Both the position numbers and the translations under genes were made by a program. Of a stretch of 64,000 bases of DNA, positions 47,619 through 55,785 are shown one piece after another. This DNA is from Dehalococcoidia bacterium (GTDB lineage: Bacteria > Chloroflexota > Dehalococcoidia > UBA6926). The stretch is taken from positions 472,712-536,711 of the forward strand of contig CAXXET010000004.1 of assembly GCA_963666115.2 (NCBI GenBank), read 5' to 3'. Under the pieces are notes generated by a model. That model did no database searches. It was not told the DNA's origin and worked only from the letters and a program-made list of their open reading frames with translations. Numbering within the stretch: position 1 is the first letter of the stretch; every line of letters starts with the position of its first letter.

Positions 47619-48563
47619 ATGATCGAGGCGCGTAGCCTAACAAAGTTCTACGGGGATTTTCCGGCAATCGAGGATGTGTCCTTTGCCGCCGAGCCGGGCG
47701 AGGTGATCGGTTTCCTCGGCCCGAACGGGGCGGGGAAGACGACCACCATGCGCATCATCACGGGCTTCACGCCGCCCACCGCCGGCACAGCCGTTGTGGC
47801 AGGCCACGACGTGCAGGAAGAGCCGCTCGCCGCCCGCGCGTCCATCGGCTACCTGCCCGAAACCGTGCCCCTCTACACGGACATGACCGTCCGCGAGTAC
47901 CTGCATTACATGGGCGAGCTTCGCGGCATGAGCAAGTCCCGCATCCGGGGCCGCGTTGACGACGTGTTCGGCCTCTGCCGGCTGGAGGAGTACACGGACT
48001 CCCTCGTCAGCAAGCTCTCCAAGGGCTACCGCCAGCGCGTCGGCATCGCCCAGGCTATCCTCCACGAGCCGCCGGTGCTCGTGCTCGACGAGCCGACGAT
48101 CGGCATCGACCCGCGGCAGGTCGTCGAGACACGGCAGATCATCCGGGGGCTCGGCGGCGAGCATACCGTCATCCTGTCAACGCACATCCTGCCGGAGGTC
48201 AGCATGGTCTGTGACCGCGTGCTGATCATTCATGAAGGACGGATCGTGGTCATGGACACGGCGGAGCGGCTGTCCGCGCGGCTCGGCGGAGTCTCCCGCG
48301 TCGTCATGGACGTGCGCGGCCCGCGCGAGCAGATCAGGCAGGCCCTCTCCCAGGTGGACGGCGTTACGGAGGTAACGCTGTCAGACGCGGGCGGGCGCCA
48401 GCAGTTCGTCGTGGAGTGCGCGCCGAGCCGCGACATCCGAATCGAACTTGCGCGCTCCGTGGCGGATCACGGTTGGGGTCTCGTGGAACTCCGCGCGATG
48501 GGACTTTCGCTTGAGGAAATTTTCCTGCGGCTCACCACCGAGGATGAGGAGGCCGCCGCATGA
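47619..48563 (+). CDS. ABC-2 transporter ATP-binding protein (GldA-like)
   Basis: GPNGAGKTT, LSKGYRQRVG, DEPTIGIDP. Confidence 0.9.
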   Translation: MIEARSLTKFYGDFPAIEDVSFAAEPGEVIGFLGPNGAGKTTTMRIITGFTPPTAGTAVVAGHDVQEEPLAARASIGYLPETVPLYTDMTVREYLHYMGELRGMSKSRIRGRVDDVFGLCRLEEYTDSLVSKLSKGYRQRVGIAQAILHEPPVLVLDEPTIGIDPRQVVETRQIIRGLGGEHTVILSTHILPEVSMVCDRVLIIHEGRIVVMDTAERLSARLGGVSRVVMDVRGPREQIRQALSQVDGVTEVTLSDAGGRQQFVVECAPSRDIRIELARSVADHGWGLVELRAMGLSLEEIFLRLTTEDEEAAA

Positions 48564-49303
48564 ACGCGCGGACAATCCGCACCATCTGGTTGCGTGAACT
48601 GCGTTCCTACGCGAACTCGCCCAACGCCTGGGTCATTGCCGCCATCTTTCTCGGCCTGACCGGCCTCTCGTTTGCCCTGAGCGTCACCGGCCGCTACCCG
48701 GAGGCGACGATTCGCGGGTTCCTCTTCGGCCCCATCGGCCCCATTGGCGCGTTCTTCCTGACAATCCTCATCGCGCCCGCGCTCACCATGCGGCTGCTGG
48801 CGGAGGAGCAGAAGCTGGGCACGATCGAGCTTCTCCTGACCGCCCCCGTGAGGGATATCGAGATCGTCTTCGGGAAGTATCTCGCCGCGTTGACAATCCT
48901 CACGGGCATGTACTCCCTCACCCTCTATTTCCCGCTGCTGCTCTTCTTCTTCGGCAGCCCGGACGTCATTCCCCTCATCACGGGGTACGTCGTCCTCTTG
49001 CTCGTGGGCGCCGTGGCTATCGCGGTGGGGATGCTGGGCTCTGCCCTCACCGCCAATCAGATCGTCGCCGCAATATTCTCGCTTGCAATCCTGCTCATCC
49101 TCTGGCTGTTCAATGCGACGGCAGCGCTGGGCAATCCTGATCACGCATGGACGGACGTGGTGACGTTCCTTGCGATGAGCGAGCACGTCCGGGACATGGC
49201 GTTCGGGGTGTTCGACACGAGGGACATCATCTATTTCCTCTCGTTGATTGTGTTCTTCCTCTTCCTGACGGTGCGGGCCGTTGAGACCCGCCGCTGGCGG
49301 TGA
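48560..49303 (+). CDS. ABC-2 permease (GldF-like)
   Basis: TMRLLAEEQKLGTIELLLTAP, GKY. Confidence 0.88.
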   Translation: MNARTIRTIWLRELRSYANSPNAWVIAAIFLGLTGLSFALSVTGRYPEATIRGFLFGPIGPIGAFFLTILIAPALTMRLLAEEQKLGTIELLLTAPVRDIEIVFGKYLAALTILTGMYSLTLYFPLLLFFFGSPDVIPLITGYVVLLLVGAVAIAVGMLGSALTANQIVAAIFSLAILLILWLFNATAALGNPDHAWTDVVTFLAMSEHVRDMAFGVFDTRDIIYFLSLIVFFLFLTVRAVETRRWR

Positions 49304-49310
49304 CCCGTTA

Positions 49311-50906
49311 ATGCGTGAGCGTTTGTCCCTCCGCGGGGAGCGCGCAGCCGAAGACATCGGCATTGCGCTGCTTGTCGTCGGCGCGGTTGCCCTCATCAGC
49401 GGCGCGCTCCTGTACGCCATCGTCGCTGAGCTAAGAACCTGGGCGCTTGTGCTCACGGGTGTCGGCGCGCTCGCGCTGGTCGTTGGCGCGTTCCTCAGCC
49501 GCGAGCAGGTCGTCCGCATCATGTCGACGCGGCAGGGGCGATACGGCGTCAACACGCTCGTGATGATCATCGCTTTCACCGTCATCCTTGCGCTCGTCAA
49601 CATCGTCGGCGCCGCAGTGAACGCCCGCGTGGACTTGACGGCAAACCGCGGCTTTACGCTCGCAACGCAGACGCAGGAAGTCCTGAGAAGCCTTGACCAG
49701 CCGGTGGAGGCTTACGGCTTCTTCACGCCGGGCGACGAGGCCGCCGCCGCAACGGAACAACTGCTCCGTGAATACGACCTGCTGAGCGACAACTTCACGT
49801 ATGAGATCGTCGATCCGGAGACGGACCCGGCCAAGGCCAGCAGGTTCAACGTCGATCAGAACGGCGTGGTCGTCTTTGCATCGCGCGACCGTGTGACGCA
49901 GACACGCCAGATTTCCGAGCAGGACTTTACGTCGAATCTCCTCCTGGCGACGGGGACGCAGCTCCGGACCGTCTGTTTCCTGACGGGCCACGGCGAGCAC
50001 AGCATCCTGAGCACGACGGACATCGGCATGAGCCGCGCCAAGGAGGCGATGGAACGCGAACTGTACGTGGTGCGTGACTTTGGGTTTGCGTCCGCCGGCC
50101 AGGTGCCGGACGAATGCTCCGTCGTCATCGTCGCGGGCCCGGACCGCGACCTTGTCGCGGAAGAGGGGCGTGTTGATCGAGACCTGCTTGGCAACTACCT
50201 GGCCCGCGGCGGAAACGTCCTGTTCCTTCTCTCCGATAAGACGCCGGATTCCTGGCTGGAACTGCTCTTCCTGGCGGGCATTGCCGCCGGCGGCGGCACG
50301 ATCGTCGACCCGGCCAGCTATGCGCAGCCCGACATCACGACACCGACGATCCGCGCGGATGCGTACCTGCCCGACCACCCGATAACCGCCCCGATGATCG
50401 ACCGGTCTCTTGTGACGTTCTTCCCCCTGGTTACACGTGTAGCGCCGCTGCCTCAGGAGGCGCTGGAAGGCTCCGGCTTGACCGTCTATCCCCTGGCATT
50501 CACAACAGACCGGAGCTGGCTGGAGCGCGACGAGGCAAGCCTGACAGAACCGCGATTCGACGCTGACCAGGACACGCGCGGTCCTCTCTCGATTGCGTCG
50601 GCAGTTGAGTTCCCGGCCGACCCCCGCTTCCCGGAGGATACGGCGGGACGCATCGTCGCTGTCGGCAATTCCGCATTCGCCACAAACCAGTTCATCAACT
50701 CCGTCGGCAACCTGGACTTGATGATGAATTCCGTCAACTGGCTCACGGAACAGGAAGGGCTCATCGGCGTGCGGGCACGGCTGAACGTGCCGCGCATCCT
50801 TACGCTCACGCAGCGGCAGGCGAACTGGATTCTCTACTCATCCGTCGGCGTCTTTCCGGCCTTCATGATCCTGGTCGCGGGGTGGACGTGGTGGCGGCGG
50901 CGCTGA
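49311..50906 (+). CDS. ABC transporter auxiliary component (GldG-like)
   Basis: RVDLT, FLTGHGE, AGP, NSVNWL, C-terminal TM with WWRRR. Confidence 0.85.
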   Translation: MRERLSLRGERAAEDIGIALLVVGAVALISGALLYAIVAELRTWALVLTGVGALALVVGAFLSREQVVRIMSTRQGRYGVNTLVMIIAFTVILALVNIVGAAVNARVDLTANRGFTLATQTQEVLRSLDQPVEAYGFFTPGDEAAAATEQLLREYDLLSDNFTYEIVDPETDPAKASRFNVDQNGVVVFASRDRVTQTRQISEQDFTSNLLLATGTQLRTVCFLTGHGEHSILSTTDIGMSRAKEAMERELYVVRDFGFASAGQVPDECSVVIVAGPDRDLVAEEGRVDRDLLGNYLARGGNVLFLLSDKTPDSWLELLFLAGIAAGGGTIVDPASYAQPDITTPTIRADAYLPDHPITAPMIDRSLVTFFPLVTRVAPLPQEALEGSGLTVYPLAFTTDRSWLERDEASLTEPRFDADQDTRGPLSIASAVEFPADPRFPEDTAGRIVAVGNSAFATNQFINSVGNLDLMMNSVNWLTEQEGLIGVRARLNVPRILTLTQRQANWILYSSVGVFPAFMILVAGWTWWRRR

Positions 50907-50949
50907 GTCACGTCCTCCCAGTCAGCGCCGCAGGGGAACGGCGCGTTCC

Positions 50950-51531
50950 ATGAACTTCAGAATCACACTCCTCCTCGTGGTGGTGGCAATCCTCATGGGC
51001 GGCTACCTGTGGCTCGGGCCGCCCCTGACCGAGCCGGAGGAGGACGACAGCCCAACCTCACAGGATTGGTTCTATCTTGTCGACGACTCCCTGATCAATC
51101 GCCTTGACGTCACGTATTTCGGCACGCCCGCCATATTCATTCGAGACAGCGAGCGCGTCTGGCACTATGGGAGCCTGGACGGCCCGCCGGTCAGCGAGGA
51201 GTTTGCGGGCACACCATTCCTCGCGGGCGGCGCGCGCTCTCCCCGCCTGATCACGGAGAATCCGGATGACGCAGACCTCGCGCTCTATGGACTCGACGAC
51301 CCGCAAATTACCCTGCGCTTCTACATGGAGGACGGGCAGGCCTACACCGTTTACGTGGGTGATCTGACCCCGGACCGCATCACGAACTACGCGCGAATTG
51401 ACGGCATTGACCGTGTCTATCTCCTGGACCGCGCGTGGGGCGAGCATTTCGCGCGCCTCATCACGGAGAACTCCATCTTCGTCAGCACTCCAACACCGAC
51501 GCCGGACCCGAACGCCACGCCAACTCCATGA
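50950..51531 (+). CDS. DUF4340-like membrane-anchored protein
   Basis: N-terminal TM, YGLDDP, VGDLTP, VYLL; position after the Gld-like genes. Confidence 0.7.
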   Translation: MNFRITLLLVVVAILMGGYLWLGPPLTEPEEDDSPTSQDWFYLVDDSLINRLDVTYFGTPAIFIRDSERVWHYGSLDGPPVSEEFAGTPFLAGGARSPRLITENPDDADLALYGLDDPQITLRFYMEDGQAYTVYVGDLTPDRITNYARIDGIDRVYLLDRAWGEHFARLITENSIFVSTPTPTPDPNATPTP

Positions 51532-52514
51532 AATGGATCGAATTCAGCGTCATCGTCAGCGGTGAGACGGCGGAGGCCGTCACCGACCTCTTCTCCCAGT
51601 ACGCCCACTCAGGCGGCGTCGCGATACAAGAACTATCTGAACCTGAAGAGACTCGAACCGGCCCGCAGTCCCTCACCCAAACCCGCCGCGTCCGCGTGGC
51701 CGCCTACGCCCCTATCCCCGATAACGGCGATGACAGCGCGATTGTGGCAGCGCGGCAAGGGCTGCGCGACGGCCTGTCCTACCTGGGCATGATCACGCCC
51801 GTCGGCGAACTCCACGAACGGACGATCGCGGACGAGGACTGGGAATCCGCGTGGCGCGAACACTTTCACCCGCACCGCGTCGGCCATCGATCCGTTGTCG
51901 TTCCGACGTGGCGCGACTATGACCCTGAGCCGGACGACATCGTGGTTCGCCTCGATCCCGGCATGGCATTCGGCACCGGGCTCCACCCGACGACCCAGCT
52001 CTGCGCCCGCGAATTGGAAAAGCGCGTGGAGGCAGGACCAACCGTGTTGGACGTGGGCTGCGGCTCCGGCATCCTCTCCATCATCGCCGCGAGGCTTGGC
52101 GCGTCGCGCGCGCTCGGCATCGACATCGACCCCGTCGCTGTTGCCGCCGCCCGCGACAACGTAGAGCACAACGGCCTCTCGAACGTCATCGAGATACGCG
52201 AAGGCACGCTGCCCCGCGCCGGCCAGGACCCGTTTTCAGCCGCCCGGCAGGATTGGCCGGGGCCTGTCGCGGCAAAAGGCGGTTGGGACATCGTGGCGGC
52301 CAATCTGACGGCGGAGGTTTTGGAGGAGCTGGCCGAGCCGCTTGCCGCCGCAGCACGCCCCGGAGGAATGCTTATCGGCTCCGGCATCATCACCGAGAAG
52401 TTTGACCTCGCCGCCTACGCCCTCATGGACGCCGGGCTGCGTCTCATCGACGCCGTATCGGACGAGAGCGGCGACTGGCGCGCCGTTATTCTCATCCGCC
52501 CCGAATCGCGGTAG
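51528..52514 (+). CDS. prmA: Ribosomal protein L11 methyltransferase
   Basis: DEDW, LDPGMAFGTGLHPTT, LDVGCGSGILS. Confidence 0.93.
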   Translation: MKWIEFSVIVSGETAEAVTDLFSQYAHSGGVAIQELSEPEETRTGPQSLTQTRRVRVAAYAPIPDNGDDSAIVAARQGLRDGLSYLGMITPVGELHERTIADEDWESAWREHFHPHRVGHRSVVVPTWRDYDPEPDDIVVRLDPGMAFGTGLHPTTQLCARELEKRVEAGPTVLDVGCGSGILSIIAARLGASRALGIDIDPVAVAAARDNVEHNGLSNVIEIREGTLPRAGQDPFSAARQDWPGPVAAKGGWDIVAANLTAEVLEELAEPLAAAARPGGMLIGSGIITEKFDLAAYALMDAGLRLIDAVSDESGDWRAVILIRPESR

Positions 52515-52523
52515 ATTTCATAC

Positions 52524-53243
52524 ATGGCATCCATCCGCGCCGTCCTGCTGGACATGGACGATACCCTCTGCGACTCAGAGGGCCTGACGCCTATTCGCCT
52601 ACAGGCCGTGCAGGAGGCGCTCGCAGATTCTGTTGAGCCGGCGCTGCTCGCCCGCGTGATGGAGGAGGCGCTCAGTTGGGATTCGGTGGGTGTCCCCGGG
52701 CGGTTCCTCAACCGCATGTCCCGCATCGCGGAGCAGCTTGAACTGGACGAAGAGGGCACGCAATTCATGCGAAGCGTGTATAACGGAATCCTGATGGACA
52801 ATCTGCGTCTCTATGACGGCGTCGAGGACACCCTGCGCTGGCTGCGCGACCGGTTCTCGCTCGGCCTCGTCACCAACGGCCCCTCCGACCTGCAGCGCGG
52901 CAAAATCGACGTCCTTGAAATAGGCCCGTACTTCAAGAGCATCGCCATTGGCGGCGAGGTTGGCGCCTACAAGCCGGAGCCAAAGATATTCGAGCAGTGC
53001 ATGACGGAACTGGACGTCACGGCGGATGAGTGCATCTACGTCGGCGACCGCACGGAGGCAGATGTTGTCGGCGCGCGTAACATGGGAATAGTCGCTATCC
53101 GCATCAGAAAGTCGTACCCTTTCCCAATGGACGATGAACCGGCGCCGGACTACTTTCTGGACAGCGTGAATGAGCTGCCCGCCCTGATGGTCAGGGAAGG
53201 GTGGGCGGGCAAGGGGAAGCATGATGAGCACACCCCGGGATAA
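52524..53243 (+). CDS. HAD-family hydrolase
   Basis: DMDDT, TNG, KP, YVGD...DVVGA. Confidence 0.88.
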   Translation: MASIRAVLLDMDDTLCDSEGLTPIRLQAVQEALADSVEPALLARVMEEALSWDSVGVPGRFLNRMSRIAEQLELDEEGTQFMRSVYNGILMDNLRLYDGVEDTLRWLRDRFSLGLVTNGPSDLQRGKIDVLEIGPYFKSIAIGGEVGAYKPEPKIFEQCMTELDVTADECIYVGDRTEADVVGARNMGIVAIRIRKSYPFPMDDEPAPDYFLDSVNELPALMVREGWAGKGKHDEHTPG

Positions 53244-53565
53244 CCAGGACAGTGAGGCGGAATCACAGAATGACGGCCTCCGCGATGAGATTGAGGAGAT
53301 CCTGCGAGAGCAGGGCGAAAAGCCCGTCATGCCGCGCCCGCCGAGAGCGCGAGACGGCGGCCCCATCAACAGGATGGCCGGGATGTTCATGAGAACCACA
53401 ATCCTGCTCCTTCTCCTGCGGCTCGCCGTCGCGTTGGCGTTCGCATTCATCGCCGTGCGGATTCTCGGGCCGCGCGCCATCCTGCTGTTCATCGCCATCG
53501 CGATGGCCGTTCTCGCCGTCATCATCATTCGTTACATGATCGAACGCAGGCGGTACAGTCGATAA
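53221..53565 (+). CDS. Hypothetical small membrane protein
   Basis: Acidic N-terminus, two hydrophobic helices, operon position. Confidence 0.6.
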   Translation: MMSTPRDNQDSEAESQNDGLRDEIEEILREQGEKPVMPRPPRARDGGPINRMAGMFMRTTILLLLLRLAVALAFAFIAVRILGPRAILLFIAIAMAVLAVIIIRYMIERRRYSR

Positions 53566-53625
53566 GCAACCCGTTTGATGGCACAATAAAGGCAGCCTGA
53601 CATCGATGGCGCAGCGCGCCGCAGA

Positions 53626-54639
53626 GTGGAGGATGCCAATGCCGCGTGGACAGGAGCCGGGGACACTTCTTTGGCAGTCGGTTGGGACGTCCTTCTGGGC
53701 GATATTCCTGAAGAGGCCGATCCCGTCGGCATCGCCACACGGGCTGCGGATGCGCTGGAGGCGCGCGCGCCCCAGAACTCATACGTTGCCCGCACCGTGT
53801 ACGCCATGGGAGCGGCGTTCGCCCTGCCCTACGCCGCGTGGCTCGGTTCCAAGTGGGCGCTTGGCGCGGCGGGCCTCGTCCACCGCGCCGTCTACCGCGA
53901 GGCCGCCACGGCGCTGCTCAAGGGCGCAATCTCCATCCGGGGCGGCCTGAATGCCCTGAACGAACTTCAACACGATGACAACCAGGAGGCCGCCCAGGAG
54001 GGCGCCACAGACGACGTTGAGCGGCTGATGCGCGAAGCGGGCATGAGCGAGTCCGTGACGGGAACCGCGCAGGAGGTCTCGGCGGATGCCCTCCAGCGGC
54101 AGCGTTCACACGCGCTGCGCAAGCTGGGCAACGATTTCCGCGACGGTGTCGTGGGCCCTCTCATGTACTTTGCGGTTTTCGGCATCCCCGGAGCCGTGGC
54201 CTATCGGGTAGTCAAGACTCTCGCTGCGAGGTGGCAGAGGCACGGCGACGATCCTCTTGCAGTGGCGGCCAGGCGCGTCGACAGCGCGGCTACAATCGTG
54301 CCGTCAGTGGCGTCCGGGCTGATCCTGTCCGCCGGAGCGCAGTTGACGTCACAGCGCGGACAGGCAGCATGGGAGACGAGCCGTGCAGAGGCTCGCGCGC
54401 GCGGCAACGTGCTCGAAGGCGGCTGGACGGAGGCGGCGATGGCAGGCGCGCTGGGCGTCAAGCTGGACGCGGAGCCGGATGTCACCGACTGGCAAAGCCC
54501 TACAAACCCCGAGGGGCGCAGCATCGAGAACGAGGACATAGAGCACGCCCGCCAACTCTTCTGGATAGCCACCGCCTGGGCCGTCGCCGCAACCCTGGCG
54601 GCAGTAATCCTGCGCGGGGCTTTCACCCGGGGGCGGTAA
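53626..54639 (+). CDS. CobD/CbiB-like protein (divergent)
   Basis: DVLLGD..PV, DGVVGPL, AVAYRVVKTL, GWTEAAMAGALGV. Confidence 0.65.
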   Translation: MEDANAAWTGAGDTSLAVGWDVLLGDIPEEADPVGIATRAADALEARAPQNSYVARTVYAMGAAFALPYAAWLGSKWALGAAGLVHRAVYREAATALLKGAISIRGGLNALNELQHDDNQEAAQEGATDDVERLMREAGMSESVTGTAQEVSADALQRQRSHALRKLGNDFRDGVVGPLMYFAVFGIPGAVAYRVVKTLAARWQRHGDDPLAVAARRVDSAATIVPSVASGLILSAGAQLTSQRGQAAWETSRAEARARGNVLEGGWTEAAMAGALGVKLDAEPDVTDWQSPTNPEGRSIENEDIEHARQLFWIATAWAVAATLAAVILRGAFTRGR

Positions 54640-54699
54640 GCAAGTCCCCGGCAATCCCGCAGACATCATCCATGAGGAACGCGCCACCGTTGACCCGTA

Positions 54700-54728
54700 T
54701 TGACAATGTGCAAATATATGCATATTCT
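54700..54728 (+). promoter_or_regulatory. Sigma70-like promoter
   Basis: TTGACA (54700-05), 17 nt, TATTCT (54723-28), AT-rich spacer in a GC-rich genome. Confidence 0.7.
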
Positions 54729-54734
54729 GGTTGC

Positions 54735-54786
54735 GCGAGGGTCGGGTGTTTCCTCCTGCGGAGGTGACGACTGACCCTCTCTTTGT
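54735..54786 (+). ncRNA. Putative ~50-nt hairpin sRNA convergent on the DUF3800-like gene
   Basis: GAGGGTCGG/CTGACCCTC outer stem, CCTCC/GGAGG inner stem, TCTTTG tail; no ORF downstream of the promoter. Confidence 0.55.
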
Positions 54787-54795
54787 GCCTCACTT

Positions 54796-55545
54796 CTAGT
54801 CGACGTCGGCCGATTCTTCAACGAGTCGCATTCGATACAAGCCAGGGCGCGGTTGCCCTTCGTGACTAGTCTGATCTACGGTCTTCTGCTCAATGACACG
54901 ATAGAAGCGACGTATCGCAAGCAGAAACGGATCGCCCGATGGGACACTACTGAAGAGTTGAGCCTCCTCGTACAAACGCACCACTGATGCCACCATGTCG
55001 GCTATCTGTACCCCCGCCGAAGCACGTGAATCCCCGAAGAAGGGCGCTTCCGAAATATTTGAACAGGCGCGGCCCTCTTCGGAACGATACAGAAACGACT
55101 CGAACTTGAAAGACAACCCGCCAACTTGGCTAGGGGAACCATCTATCAACATGGCCGCCATCTCGTCCTTGGCCTCAGCCAAGAGCTGTACGCGCTGCGT
55201 CAGGAAACGATACTGATTTGGCAAGAGGTTGGATGACTTGTCTGGCGCAGTCGCAGGCCTCTCCATAATCACCGCAAAAATCGTTACCGGCAGGTTGAGC
55301 AGAGTGCCGAAGAATTCCTCTACGAATGCTACTTCCATCGGACGTCTACGGAAGGTCGGACGGGTGATAAGCCTTGCGCCCTTCATTTCCATCCGCTCCT
55401 TACCCAGTACATCCCGCTTGAGAGCGTGTATTCGCCCTGCAACCGTCCGCGCGTCGTCATCTTGCACGCAGACGGCCACAACTACGGGGCGCGTAGCAGG
55501 ATCGTTAGGGTGCGGGTGTCCGCTCTCATCTAGGTAAACTAGCAT
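54796..55545 (-). CDS. DUF3800-like protein (RNase H-like fold)
   Basis: MLVYLDESG, EMKG, DS...VQIADMVA. Confidence 0.85.
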   Translation of the reverse strand: MLVYLDESGHPHPNDPATRPVVVAVCVQDDDARTVAGRIHALKRDVLGKERMEMKGARLITRPTFRRRPMEVAFVEEFFGTLLNLPVTIFAVIMERPATAPDKSSNLLPNQYRFLTQRVQLLAEAKDEMAAMLIDGSPSQVGGLSFKFESFLYRSEEGRACSNISEAPFFGDSRASAGVQIADMVASVVRLYEEAQLFSSVPSGDPFLLAIRRFYRVIEQKTVDQTSHEGQPRPGLYRMRLVEESADVD

Positions 55546-55785
55546 CAGCAACTTCTCCTTGTTCCGTTCAGTGATGGAGGCATTCCAGTAGTATAGAATA
55601 TGTGTTCCCGCAATGCAGCCCAAAACCACTTGGAGGGCCCCACCACCTGCTGAGGCCCTCCCTAACGCGCTCCCCCACCCAACTGCGCCATTCGGAGCGG
55701 GCGGAGCGCGGGCGCGCTACCACTCTATGGACGCAGCGCCAGACAGTCAAATGAACTCGCTGCAAATGCAGAGGCACGCGCCTCT

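Noticed and set aside
47619-51531. Gliding motility locus
   Set aside because: GldA/F/G-like ABC modules with DUF4340 are widespread in non-gliding bacteria; no other gliding or T9SS genes are present
55546-55785. Structured RNA upstream of the DUF3800-like gene
   Set aside because: Only a short GGAGGGCC/GGCCCTCC inverted repeat is visible, compatible with a terminator of the upstream gene; not enough to call an ncRNA
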